The notes: generated from the letters alone by a model not told the origin. A stretch of DNA of 64,000 nucleotides from an uncultured Acidobacteriota bacterium (GCA_913043225.1 CAJWLU010000005.1:143797-207796); one strand, 5' to 3'. Counted from the first letter of the stretch, positions 28,526-38,280 are shown. Numbers and translations are program-made.

Positions 28526-29113
28526 TTAGGCCCGTGCTCGGCGCCAGAAGAGGCCGCCCACGACACCCAGCACCACCAGCGCCAGGACGACGCCGGTAAT
28601 GGCCGGACCGTGGGCGCGGATCAACTCCAGCGCCTGGTCGCCATAGCGCACCGCCAACGCACCTTCACCGAAGTACCGCACTCCCCGGCCGACGCTCACT
28701 GCCACCAAGAACCGCCAGACCGGTAACCTGGTGACGCCCGACAGGAGGACGAAGACCTTGAACGGCGCGGGCGGCGGAAGCAGGGCGGGCACGACGACGG
28801 CCAGCACACCAAAGCGTTCGAACAGCCGCATGGCCGACTCCAGCCGGGGTCCGGCAACCCAGCGGCGGAGCAACGCATCGCCCCCTTTCCGCCCTAGAGC
28901 ATAGAGCACCAGGCAACCGGCCAGCGATCCGGCCGTCGCCATGCCCGCGTAGTAGGGCATCAGGGCTTCGTTGCGGATGACCATCATGACCAGCAGCACG
29001 TCGTTAATCTCGGGAAGCGAGACGAAGGAAGAATCGAGGAAGGCGACGAAGAACAGACCGGCGCCCCCGAGCGAGGATACGAACGATTCGAGCCAGTCGA
29101 CCAGGCGTGCCAT
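28526..29113 (-). CDS. DedA/YqaA (VTT domain) membrane protein
   Basis: FLDSSF.SLPE..D, GSLAG, LPPPAPFKVFVL, GRGVRY. Confidence 0.85.
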   Translation of the reverse strand: MARLVDWLESFVSSLGGAGLFFVAFLDSSFVSLPEINDVLLVMMVIRNEALMPYYAGMATAGSLAGCLVLYALGRKGGDALLRRWVAGPRLESAMRLFERFGVLAVVVPALLPPPAPFKVFVLLSGVTRLPVWRFLVAVSVGRGVRYFGEGALAVRYGDQALELIRAHGPAITGVVLALVVLGVVGGLFWRRARA

Positions 29114-29202
29114 GGAAAGGCCGCCGCCCGCCTGTGACAATTGCGAGCGACGGCCGAAGTATACCGGCAAGAGATAACGGCAGGATGACTCCCGCGATCG
29201 GA

Positions 29203-29898
29203 TCAAAATCCGATACTAACCGTCAACGACGAGGTCAGCCCGCCCAGGTCGATCCGCTCGTCCAGGAATCCCTGGTCAATGCCGACCGCGCCGATTACGT
29301 CCTGATATCGGACTTCACCACCGATGCCGAACCGCTCGCTCATCTGAAATCTGATGCCCGCCAAATAGACCAGTCCCACGTCGTTTCCGCTCGCCACGAA
29401 GCGGTCGCGAAAGACGTCAAACGTGTTGAAGTCGATAAACTCCCCTACCTCGCTGTAGCGCCAGTTGAATAACCCGATACCGACGCCCCCATAGGGCTGG
29501 ACCGGTTCTCCCAGGCTGAAGGGGAAAAACCTGACGCTGGCAGTCATCGGCGTCACCCGCAATTTGAAGTCCTGTGGAATCTCGGTACCGTCGTCGTTAA
29601 CGAAGTCGTTGTAGACGCTCAGTACGGTCTTCCGGTAGAAGCCAACCCCAACGCCGACCTCGAGGAAGTCACCCGTCTCGACCAGCCATTCGGCGCCAAC
29701 GCTGCCTCCCCGGAAGTCATCGACCGTGAACGCAAAGAGACCGAGGTTCTCGACCACCACATCGTCATCGATCCGGGTATCCTCCCCCTGAAGAGAAAAA
29801 GCGCCGACATTCAGGCTTAATCTGTGCGTTTGCGCCTCGACCGGCGCCGCCATGAACGCGACCGCACCCAACATCACGCGCACCAGCAACGTCCTCAT
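29203..29898 (-). CDS. Outer-membrane beta-barrel protein
   Basis: Signal peptide (AxA-Q); alternating beta-strands, QPYGGVGIG; terminal Phe. Confidence 0.8.
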   Translation of the reverse strand: MRTLLVRVMLGAVAFMAAPVEAQTHRLSLNVGAFSLQGEDTRIDDDVVVENLGLFAFTVDDFRGGSVGAEWLVETGDFLEVGVGVGFYRKTVLSVYNDFVNDDGTEIPQDFKLRVTPMTASVRFFPFSLGEPVQPYGGVGIGLFNWRYSEVGEFIDFNTFDVFRDRFVASGNDVGLVYLAGIRFQMSERFGIGGEVRYQDVIGAVGIDQGFLDERIDLGGLTSSLTVSIGF

Positions 29899-30070
29899 CG
29901 CATGCCTCCTGCTCGGGCCAGCACCTCGGTCGGCGCTCGCGCCCGCTGCCTTCTGGTAAAGCAGGATTGGTGCCAGGCAGCACACGCCAGCCCAGGCATA
30001 TATTTTCCAGTAACTTACAGAGCAACCACGAGATCGCGGTTGTGTCCTGGGAAGAGTCCACGCCGTCCAG

Positions 30071-30871
30071 TCAGGACGACGCGGCGTGCTCAGCGATGAC
30101 CGACAGGAGGTGGCCGTGCAGTTTAGGATTCGACGCCACGATCTCGCCGCATCCGGTATCGAATGGACTGCCGTCGAACCTTGACAGCTGTCCGCCAGCC
30201 TCCTCCACCACCAAGCTTGCCGCAGAGAGATCCCAGGGATTCAACCGCTGCTCCCAGAAACCGTCGAGACGTCCGGCGGCTACGTAGCAGAGGTCGAGAG
30301 CCGCCGAACCAAGCCGCCGCACCGCCCGGGCTCTGGAGACAAAAGCCCCGAATAGTCCGACGACCTCGTCGACGGTCTGGTGGACGTCATAGGGGAACCC
30401 AGTGCAGAGCATGGCATCGACCAGGGTTTCGGCATCGGACACTCGCAACGGAACCCCGTTGAGCCAGGCCCCTACACCCCGCTCGGCAGTGAAGAGCTCG
30501 CGACGCGACGGGTCGTAGACCGCAGAAACCACCGGCCTTCCCTCGACCTCCAGCGCGAGACAGGAGCAGAACATCGGCAACCCGTGCGCGTAGTTCACGG
30601 TGCCGTCGACCGGATCAAAGACCCACACGTGACTCGCGTCGCTCAACGCGGGACCATCGTCGAGTTCCTCTGCCTGCACCGCGTGGGTCGGGAAGCGCGC
30701 GGCGATCGTCTCCCGGCACATCCGCTCGACCTCAAGATCGACCCGGGTCACGAGGTCGATCGGCCCTTTCTTGTCGATCTCGAGGTCTCCACCACGCTCC
30801 GCCATCTGGATCGCGCCGGCACGAACGACGATGTCGATGGCGGTCGCGAGCCAGATGGGGGAATGAACCAC
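30071..30871 (-). CDS. suhB: Inositol monophosphatase family
   Basis: DLVT, WVFDPVDGTVNY, RRLGSAALDL, PWD.SA. Confidence 0.88.
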   Translation of the reverse strand: MVHSPIWLATAIDIVVRAGAIQMAERGGDLEIDKKGPIDLVTRVDLEVERMCRETIAARFPTHAVQAEELDDGPALSDASHVWVFDPVDGTVNYAHGLPMFCSCLALEVEGRPVVSAVYDPSRRELFTAERGVGAWLNGVPLRVSDAETLVDAMLCTGFPYDVHQTVDEVVGLFGAFVSRARAVRRLGSAALDLCYVAAGRLDGFWEQRLNPWDLSAASLVVEEAGGQLSRFDGSPFDTGCGEIVASNPKLHGHLLSVIAEHAASS

Positions 30872-30901
30872 GATGGATCCGGGTCGACGTTGACAGCCAG
30901 A

Positions 30902-31342
30902 CTAGGACGAGGAGGTCGAGGACTTGACCATCACGACTTCCATCCCACCTTCGGGAACCCTCTGCAGCTTGAGGTCATCCATGAAGCTGCGCATGAAGAA
31001 GACCCCGCGGCCGCTAGACTTCAGCAGATTCTCCGGCGCCAACGGATCGACTACCTCAACTGGGTCGAAGCCCTCGCCCTGGTCGACGACCCGCACGGTG
31101 AGCCGATCCGGATCGGCCACCGGACTCAAGGTGAACTCGACCATCACCCGTTTGTCCTCAATCTCGCGGTTCCCGTGCTTGATGGCGTTGATAACCGACT
31201 CTCTGACGGCGACCGACACCCAGTGGATCGCATCATCGTCGAATTTGGCCAACGCTCCCAAGGTCTCGCTGACCACCTGGACGAAGTCCAACATGTCGCA
31301 GTGGCTGCGAAACTCGAGACGGATGACGCTATCGGTACTCAT
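30902..31342 (-). CDS. RsbW-like anti-sigma factor / HATPase_c_2
   Basis: ESVINAIKHGN, DQGEGFD, SGRGVFFMRSFMD. Confidence 0.9.
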   Translation of the reverse strand: MSTDSVIRLEFRSHCDMLDFVQVVSETLGALAKFDDDAIHWVSVAVRESVINAIKHGNREIEDKRVMVEFTLSPVADPDRLTVRVVDQGEGFDPVEVVDPLAPENLLKSSGRGVFFMRSFMDDLKLQRVPEGGMEVVMVKSSTSSS

Positions 31343-31484
31343 TCCGGTTCGGGCGCCAGGTGCCAGGCGGGACCCGCACTGGCCTGCTGGGCGCCCAGTA
31401 ACATACAGTCCGGCTCAAGCCAGGCGCAAGCGCGGATCGTTGGTTGCCGACTGAGCTGGGGCCGGCGGCTGCTATAGTGCCGAG

Positions 31485-32780
31485 ATGGGCACCACCGTGG
31501 TACAACCGGCCTCCCGAATCCTGGGACGTCTGCGAATTCCTGGCGACAAGTCCGTCTCGCATCGGTATGCTCTGCTGGCTGCCATCTCCGAGGGGCCTTC
31601 TATCATCACTAACTATGCGCCGGGGACCGACTGCACCTCCACGCTTTCCTGCCTCGGCGCGCTTGGCGTAGCCGTCGACCGGCCGCCCGACGGCCCGGAC
31701 CGGGATCTGGTCACGATCGAAGGCTGCGGAATCAACGGCCTACGGGCCCCACAGGGCCCACTCGACGCAGGCAACTCCGGCACCACGGTCCGTCTCCTCG
31801 CGGGTATCCTGGCCGGTCAGAAGGTCACCTCGACGCTGGTCGGCGACGCTTCGCTGTCGCGTCGGCCGATGGGACGAATCATCGAGCCACTCACCCGACT
31901 GGGGGCCCGGCTCGAGGGCACCGACGGCCGTCTGCCACTCACCGTCACCGGTGGACCGCTCACCGGCATCGACTATGCCCCGCCAGTGGCCAGCGCGCAG
32001 GTCAAGAGCGCCGTGCTGCTCGCCGGGCTACAGGCGCGTGGCCGCACCACAGTCAAAGAACAGCAGCTTACGCGCGACCATACGGAACGGGCTCTCCCGA
32101 TGTTCGGCATCCAGCTGTCGATGAACGGGTCCGAGATCAGCCTCGAGGGTGGTCAACGTCCCATTGGCGCGGAGCTGTCGGTGCCCGGCGACGCCTCGTC
32201 CGCTGCCTGCTGGGCAGTAGCAGCCGCCGCACTCCCGGGGTCGGAAATCTCACTCGAGGCCGTCGGACTGAACCCCGGCCGCATCGGCTTTCTGGCGGCG
32301 CTCGAACGGGCCGGGGCTGCCATCTCAGTAGAAGACCGCACCGATGCCGGCGGAGAACCTCGCGGCACCATCATCGTCCGGCATGGCACCGTGAGCCCCT
32401 TCGAGATCGCGCCCGACGAAGTGCCGAGTGTCATCGATGAACTGCCGATCCTCGCGGCGCTAGCGACGCATGGCGGCCGGCTCAGAGTGACGGGCGCCGG
32501 CGAGCTACGCCACAAGGAGAGCGACCGGATCGCGGCCCTCGCCACCGGACTCAGGGCGCTCGGAGGCCAAATCGACGAGTTGGAGGACGGCTTCGAGGTC
32601 GACGGCTCCAAACCGCTGACCGGCGGCCAGGCGGACGCGGCCGGAGACCACCGGCTGGCCATGGCCTTTGCCCTAGCCGCCCTCGGCGCCGGCGCCCCGA
32701 GCGAGATCAGCAATGCCGAGGCAGTCGACATCTCGTATCCCGGGTTCTTCCACATCCTGCGCAACCTGAGCCAAACGTGA
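31485..32780 (+). CDS. aroA: 3-phosphoshikimate 1-carboxyvinyltransferase
   Basis: PGDKSVSHR, GNSGTT.RL, RPM, SAQVKSA, RDHTE, KESDR, DHRLAM. Confidence 0.96.
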   Translation: MGTTVVQPASRILGRLRIPGDKSVSHRYALLAAISEGPSIITNYAPGTDCTSTLSCLGALGVAVDRPPDGPDRDLVTIEGCGINGLRAPQGPLDAGNSGTTVRLLAGILAGQKVTSTLVGDASLSRRPMGRIIEPLTRLGARLEGTDGRLPLTVTGGPLTGIDYAPPVASAQVKSAVLLAGLQARGRTTVKEQQLTRDHTERALPMFGIQLSMNGSEISLEGGQRPIGAELSVPGDASSAACWAVAAAALPGSEISLEAVGLNPGRIGFLAALERAGAAISVEDRTDAGGEPRGTIIVRHGTVSPFEIAPDEVPSVIDELPILAALATHGGRLRVTGAGELRHKESDRIAALATGLRALGGQIDELEDGFEVDGSKPLTGGQADAAGDHRLAMAFALAALGAGAPSEISNAEAVDISYPGFFHILRNLSQT

Positions 32781-33292
32781 CCACCACCAAGCTCTATCTG
32801 GTCGGTTTCATGGCGGCCGGCAAGAGCACGCTCGCCCACGCTCTTGCCAGCACCCTCCGATGGAACGCGGTGGACACAGACGCGCTCGTCGAAGAGCGCC
32901 AGGGTGCTTCGATCGCGGAGATCTTCGCCACTCACGGAGAAGCCGCCTTCCGCGCGGCGGAACGAACCGCGCTGGAGGAACTCGCCCCCCGTCAGCAGCT
33001 AGTGGTGGCGACTGGTGGCGGGCTGTATGTCGACCCCGAGAACCGGGCGCTGATCGATCGCGACGGCGTGGCGATCTGGCTTGATGTATCCTTGAAGCGG
33101 ATCATCGAGCGTCTGCCACGGGACGGGCGCCGGCCGCTGGCCGCCGACCGTGTCGGCTTGGAACGCCTGTATGAGGCACGCAAGTCAGCGTATCGGCAGG
33201 CCCATTTGAGACTCGATGCCGATGCTGCCGGCCCCGACGAACTTGTCGAGCGGGTCCACGAATGGCTCGGTCGGCAACCGCAGACGAAGTGA
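32777..33292 (+). CDS. aroK: Shikimate kinase
   Basis: GFMAAGKST, GE..FR..E, ATGGG, RPL. Confidence 0.94.
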   Translation: MTTTKLYLVGFMAAGKSTLAHALASTLRWNAVDTDALVEERQGASIAEIFATHGEAAFRAAERTALEELAPRQQLVVATGGGLYVDPENRALIDRDGVAIWLDVSLKRIIERLPRDGRRPLAADRVGLERLYEARKSAYRQAHLRLDADAAGPDELVERVHEWLGRQPQTK

Positions 33293-33365
33293 ACGTCATC
33301 GCTGACCGGCACCGGCCACCATCGCATTACTCCCCTGAACCCAGACAACCCGAGGCTAGCTCTGC

Positions 33366-34115
33366 ATGCGTTTTCTGATTCTCAGTGATATCCACGGCAA
33401 CATCGATGCCCTCGACGCCGTGCTCGCCCGAGCGCCTCAAGAGTCCTACGACCGCCTGCTGGTGCTGGGCGACCTCGTCGGCTACTGCGCCAACCCGAAC
33501 GAAGTGGTCGAGAGGATCTTCGAACTCGAGCCTGACGCGGTGATACGAGGCAACCACGACAAGGTCTGCTCGGGAGTGGAGAGCGCCGACAATTTCAACC
33601 GGATTGCCGGAGAGGCGGCGCGGTGGACCATCAAGGCCCTGACGCCGGCCAACAAGGAACGCGTGGCCAAGTTGCCGTCCGGCCCGACGAACGTCGACAA
33701 GGACGTCGAGATCTGCCACGGCACGCCGTTCGATGAAGACACCTATATCTTCGACGAGGACGACGCCACGAAGGCGTTCGACGCCATGCATCGGCAGATC
33801 TGCTTCTTCGGGCACACCCACGTCCCAGTGGCCTACGTGCGAAAAGGCTCGAACCTGACGGTCGTACACCCGCAGCCCGGCGGCCCTGAGACCACCGTCG
33901 TCAACGTCTTGAAACGCAGCCGCTATCTCATCAACCCGGGTTCTATCGGCCAACCTCGCGACACCGACCAACGGGCGTCCTACGCCACCTACGATTCGAA
34001 GAAGTCACGAATTGAGGTCCGGCGAGTGCCGTATCGGATCGATCTTGCTCAGCAACGCATCGTCGAAGCGGGACTTCCCGAAAGCCTTGCATTTCGCCTC
34101 GGCCTTGGCCGGTAG
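33366..34115 (+). CDS. Metallophosphoesterase (calcineurin-like, YfcE-type)
   Basis: SDIHGN, LGDLVGY, RGNHD, GHTH, NPGSIGQPRD. Confidence 0.92.
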   Translation: MRFLILSDIHGNIDALDAVLARAPQESYDRLLVLGDLVGYCANPNEVVERIFELEPDAVIRGNHDKVCSGVESADNFNRIAGEAARWTIKALTPANKERVAKLPSGPTNVDKDVEICHGTPFDEDTYIFDEDDATKAFDAMHRQICFFGHTHVPVAYVRKGSNLTVVHPQPGGPETTVVNVLKRSRYLINPGSIGQPRDTDQRASYATYDSKKSRIEVRRVPYRIDLAQQRIVEAGLPESLAFRLGLGR

Positions 34116-34325
34116 AAATTCTGGCTCGGCTTGCGCCTAGTGACGTGCAAGGAAGACGCAGGCAAGTGCCTGTGACCGACGAAGCAACGCCGCCAGGCGA
34201 GAGCTTCATCAGGATTTCAGACCGGAGCAATGATCGTTCTTGAGGTGAGTGGTTATAATTCCACGATCCGTTTGAGTCAGCGGGGCATGCGCGCCCTGTC
34301 CCATCGCTCGTCCAAGGAGTCGCCC

Positions 34326-35588
34326 ATGCGTTTCTCCAGCCTCACCCTCGCGGCGATGGCCGCAGCTGCCGTGATTGCACTTCCGGCGGCGGCGCAAGAC
34401 GCCCCGGCCAACGTCACCTTCACCCGCGACATCGCGCCCATCTTTCAGCGATCGTGCCAGAGCTGTCATCGGACCGGGTCTATCGCCCCGATGTCGCTGC
34501 TGACCTACGAGGAGGTGCGCCCGTGGGCCCGCTCGATCAAACAGCGGATCGAGTCACGCGAGATGCCGCCCTGGTTCATCGACCGGCATGTCGGCGTGCA
34601 AGGCTTCAAAGCTGACAAGTCGCTGTCTGACGCGGAAATCGCCATCGTCTCGACCTGGGTCGACAACGGTGCGCCGCGCGGTAATCCTGCCGACCTGCCA
34701 CCGCCGATCGCGTTCGACGACATGACGAAGTGGAATATCGGTGAACCAGACTGGGTCGTCGAGATTCCTGAGCCGTTCGTGGTCAAGGCGGAAGCCGCCG
34801 ACTGGTGGGGCAACTTGGTGTCCGACTCCGGCTTGACCGAAGACCGCTGGGTGAAGGCGGTCGAGACCAAGCCGACCGAAGAGAGCTTCCCGGTGGTTCA
34901 CCATGCAGTCACGACCGCCATCGACCCGGACGGCGAGGCGGCGTTCCTGAACGAGTACGCCCTGGGTAAAAACGGCGACATCTATCCAGATGGCACGGGA
35001 CGCCTCCTCAAGGCGGGCAGCCAGATCCGGTTCAACATGCACTATCACGCGATCGGCCGGGAGATCACCGACCGGACCAGCGTCGGCCTGACCTTCTACC
35101 CGAAGGGCGTCGAGCCGGAGCGCCCCATCTATGCGCTCCATATCGGCGACAACGAAGATCTCGACATTCCAGCCGGCGAGGCCGACATCAGACACGATGG
35201 CTACTACCACCTCAAGGACAACATCACCCTGACGGTGTTCCAACCGCATCTGCACAACCTCGGCACGCGGCAGTGCATCGAGGCCATCCTGCCAGACAAC
35301 TCGGTACAGTCCATCAACTGTGCCAATTGGGACTTCGGATGGCACATCGCCTACAACTATGAGGACGGCGTGGCTCCCCTGATCCCGAAAGGCAGCGTCA
35401 TCCACGTCATCAGCTGGCACGACAACTCCGACGCCAACCGCTGGAACGACGACCCGCGGAACTGGGCCGGCTTCGGCCAGCGCTCGAACGACGACATGAG
35501 CTTCGCCTGGCTCAGCTGGTTCACGATGAACGACACAGAATTTGAGGCCGCCGTGGCGGCACGGGAAGCCGCTACGGACAATGACTAG
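34326..35588 (+). CDS. Secreted cytochrome c / copper type II (PHM/DBH-like) monooxygenase fusion
   Basis: Signal peptide; CQSCH and MPPW; VHHA, MHYH, PHLH, DDM copper-ligand pattern; AAGGAG RBS; TATAAT at 34254-34259. Confidence 0.75.
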   Translation: MRFSSLTLAAMAAAAVIALPAAAQDAPANVTFTRDIAPIFQRSCQSCHRTGSIAPMSLLTYEEVRPWARSIKQRIESREMPPWFIDRHVGVQGFKADKSLSDAEIAIVSTWVDNGAPRGNPADLPPPIAFDDMTKWNIGEPDWVVEIPEPFVVKAEAADWWGNLVSDSGLTEDRWVKAVETKPTEESFPVVHHAVTTAIDPDGEAAFLNEYALGKNGDIYPDGTGRLLKAGSQIRFNMHYHAIGREITDRTSVGLTFYPKGVEPERPIYALHIGDNEDLDIPAGEADIRHDGYYHLKDNITLTVFQPHLHNLGTRQCIEAILPDNSVQSINCANWDFGWHIAYNYEDGVAPLIPKGSVIHVISWHDNSDANRWNDDPRNWAGFGQRSNDDMSFAWLSWFTMNDTEFEAAVAAREAATDND

Positions 35589-36426
35589 GCGGCTCTTCGC
35601 TATCAAAGCGGCCGCCGTCCTCCTCTGTCTGGGCTCTGTGGCCGACGCCCAGACGAAGTTCAACAGCGGCCAGAACGTCCAACCGGTGTTCGAAGGATGG
35701 GAGAAGAACCCGGACGGCTCCTTCAACCTAATGTTCGGTTACCTCAACCGGAACTACGTAGAGCAGCCGCATGTGTCGGTCGGCACGCAGAACTTCTTTT
35801 CACCGGGCGAGACCGACCGCGGCCAGCCGACCCACTTCTACCCCCGGCGGCAGAACTACGTCTTTAAGGTGCGGGTACCCGCGGACTTCGGCGACAACGA
35901 CCTCATCTGGACCGTGACGCACAACGGTCGGACCGACACGGCGATCGGCTCCCTCTGGCCGGTGTGGGAAGTGGACGACGCGGTCGTCAAAGCGAACCGT
36001 GGCATGGGCATCAGCGGCGCCTATGTCGACAACACCGCTCCGCGCGTCAGTGTCGAGGGCGCGGCGCAGCGGTCGACCCGGGTCGGAACTGCGGTGACAT
36101 TGGCCGTGATGGCCGCCGATGACGGGATCCCAGGGCCAAACCCCGAGTCAGCTCGCCGACGAGGCGACCGCCGAGGGCGTCTCGGTCCGGATACCCAGAA
36201 CATGCTGAACCCGCGAGCAGCGGTGGCGACGGGTCTGGCCGTGACCTGGCTGCATCACCGCGGCCCGGGAGCGGTCACATTTGATCCGAGCATGCCGTCG
36301 CTCGAGGGAGGACGGGGCGTGACGACCGCGACCTTCAGCAAGCCTGGGACGTATATCGTGCGGGCGGTTGCCGACGACACGGTGCTGACCACATTCGTCG
36401 ATGTGACGGTCGTCGTCGAACGGTAG
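35581..36426 (+). CDS. Secreted hypothetical protein with C-terminal Ig/PKD-like domain
   Basis: Overlaps the stop of the monooxygenase; signal peptide; PVFEGW..NPDGS, GQPTHF.PRR, F..PGTY.VRA.ADD. Confidence 0.75.
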   Translation: MTRRLFAIKAAAVLLCLGSVADAQTKFNSGQNVQPVFEGWEKNPDGSFNLMFGYLNRNYVEQPHVSVGTQNFFSPGETDRGQPTHFYPRRQNYVFKVRVPADFGDNDLIWTVTHNGRTDTAIGSLWPVWEVDDAVVKANRGMGISGAYVDNTAPRVSVEGAAQRSTRVGTAVTLAVMAADDGIPGPNPESARRRGDRRGRLGPDTQNMLNPRAAVATGLAVTWLHHRGPGAVTFDPSMPSLEGGRGVTTATFSKPGTYIVRAVADDTVLTTFVDVTVVVER

Positions 36427-36429
36427 CCG

Positions 36430-36600
36430 TCAGCCGGTCTTTTCCGCCTCGGACCGCGCCTGCTTCCGCGCCGTGCGCTCCTCGCGTCGACGCAGCTCAG
36501 CGTGGTAGGCATCGGCCGCCGCGCGGGATCCTAAGATCCACCCGACGACCAGTCCGAAGAGCAGAATGGCTGGGATGTAGACGAAGTGGCCGGCGGGCAT
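36430..36600 (-). CDS. 56-aa single-TM protein at the end of the ccm operon
   Basis: Below the ORF-track cutoff; MPAGHFVYIPAILLFGLVVGWILGSRAAADAYHAELRRREERTARKQARSEAEKTG*; starts 12 bp after the ccmD stop; GAGG RBS. Confidence 0.7.
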   Translation of the reverse strand: MPAGHFVYIPAILLFGLVVGWILGSRAAADAYHAELRRREERTARKQARSEAEKTG

Positions 36601-36612
36601 GGTCCGCAGACC

Positions 36613-36930
36613 TCAGGCGCCGGTGCCGGCACGGTCGCCAGCGGACACCCGGCGCCCCACGTCGGCGAGCTCCTTCTCGACGTTACCCAGGCGCTTCCAT
36701 ATCGTCCAGAGGTACCCGATCACGATGGCCCAGGCCACCGCATAGGCGGTCATAACGAGAGGGGCCGCCGGGAGCTCCTCTTCCGGCGGTATCTCGTCCA
36801 TCGGCACGAACCCGTCCTGCGCCGCGTCGGTCGGCTGCGCCCAGAGGGTACTCTCGCCCCACGTGCCCGTCAGTACGACCGCCAGGATCACGACAACCAA
36901 CCAGCGGGCTCTTCGTCCTCGTCCACTCAC
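36613..36930 (-). CDS. ccmD: CcmD-like heme exporter subunit with N-terminal extension
   Basis: Follows ccmC with 4-bp overlap; AYAVAW...GY TM followed by a charged helix. Confidence 0.7.
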   Translation of the reverse strand: MSGRGRRARWLVVVILAVVLTGTWGESTLWAQPTDAAQDGFVPMDEIPPEEELPAAPLVMTAYAVAWAIVIGYLWTIWKRLGNVEKELADVGRRVSAGDRAGTGA

Positions 36931-37592
36931 GCCTCGTCCTCCAACGCCAGGTATAACTCATCGAGCGTCGCCCGCTGCTCCTCGAGTCGCCGCCTAGCCG
37001 ACAGCATCGCCAGGCAAATGACGACGAACCCGGCCACCGACCACCACAAGGGCAGGCCGAAGTCGACCGGCAGGGTCGGTACGACCGAGGTGCGCGGATG
37101 CACCGTGCGCCAGATCTCGGTCGAGATATACAAGAACGGCACGTTCGCCATCGCGAAAATGCCGAGTCCGGCCGCCAGGCGATCCGAGCCTGGGCCACCA
37201 TACTGCCGCAGCAGCAGGTACGCTACGAGTATCAGCTCCAGAATGACCGCCATGGTCAATCGAGCGTCCCACTGCCACCAAACACCCCAGGCCTTGACAC
37301 CCCACAACGGCCCCGTGATCAACCCGATCAACCCAAAGATCACCGCCTGTTCCGCGGCGGCCACCGCCAGCTGATCGGCCGAACGAATTCGCCTGAACAG
37401 GAAGATGATGCTGGCGATCCCGAGTACGAAGATCGCCAGAAACATGGCCATCCACCCAGCGAAGTGGAAGTAGAAGATCTTCTGTACGAGCCCCATGGTG
37501 GACTCATAGGGCGCGCGCACGATCAGGACCGGCGCGCCAACGAAGAACAGCAGCGACAGGCCCGCAAGGACCGGAAACAGCCGTCGAGTCAT
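36927..37592 (-). CDS. ccmC: Heme exporter protein C
   Basis: QKIFYFH, WGVWWQWDARLT (WWD), WRTVHP. Confidence 0.93.
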   Translation of the reverse strand: MTRRLFPVLAGLSLLFFVGAPVLIVRAPYESTMGLVQKIFYFHFAGWMAMFLAIFVLGIASIIFLFRRIRSADQLAVAAAEQAVIFGLIGLITGPLWGVKAWGVWWQWDARLTMAVILELILVAYLLLRQYGGPGSDRLAAGLGIFAMANVPFLYISTEIWRTVHPRTSVVPTLPVDFGLPLWWSVAGFVVICLAMLSARRRLEEQRATLDELYLALEDEA

Positions 37593-37596
37593 CGGC

Positions 37597-38280
37597 TCAT
37601 TCTGTCATGACGGGCTCGAATGTCCATAACGCGAGCGTCAGGAACACGGCATCGAAGAACAGCAGCAAGCTGGTCCACAGCTGAACCATCGCCAGGTCTG
37701 GTTCCGGCTGCCAGAGGACATTCGTGCCACTGACGCCCATGATCAGCACGGGGATGGTGACCGGGTAGAGCAAGACCGGCAGCAGGACCGCTCGGCTCCG
37801 GGTTCTGACCAGCATCGCGGAGAAGAGCGTCCCGACGCTCGCGAACCCAAGCGTGCCGAGCGCCAGAAGCGCGAGCATCCGGAATGGATGCTCGAACAGC
37901 GGCGCCTGGAACATCAATGCCACCATCAGGACCACCACCAGCTCGACAACAGCCAGCAACAACAAGAGTCCGGAGAGCTTACCCAGATAGATCGCGGGAC
38001 GATCGACCGGCGCCAGCAACAGGCCGCGCAAGGCGTCCTGGTACCGCTCGCGCTCGAACGCCCGGCCAAGCGCCAACGTACCGGCGAAGGCGACCGCGAT
38101 CCACAGAACGCCGGCCGCAGCGCCATCCACGGCTCGCCCACCCCGCACGAAGGCAAAGGCAAAGACCATGACACAGGACACGGCGAAGAACAGTGTCGTG
38201 ACCAGCATCTCCTTATTGCGTGACTCAACCCGAAGGTCTTTCCGTACCACCAGCCATACCACCTGCAGGAAGCGCGTCAT
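37597..38280 (-). CDS. ccmB: Heme exporter protein B
   Basis: KDLRVE.R, F..ER, IYLGK, LLPVLLYP. Confidence 0.9.
   Translation of the reverse strand: MTRFLQVVWLVVRKDLRVESRNKEMLVTTLFFAVSCVMVFAFAFVRGGRAVDGAAAGVLWIAVAFAGTLALGRAFERERYQDALRGLLLAPVDRPAIYLGKLSGLLLLLAVVELVVVLMVALMFQAPLFEHPFRMLALLALGTLGFASVGTLFSAMLVRTRSRAVLLPVLLYPVTIPVLIMGVSGTNVLWQPEPDLAMVQLWTSLLLFFDAVFLTLALWTFEPVMTE

Noticed and set aside
34554..35726. 390-aa minus-strand ORF (similarly 30380-31477, 55449-56384, 58707-60011, 19035-19889)
   Set aside because: Antisense or alternate-frame shadows of well-supported genes, expected in high-GC DNA; no recognisable motifs
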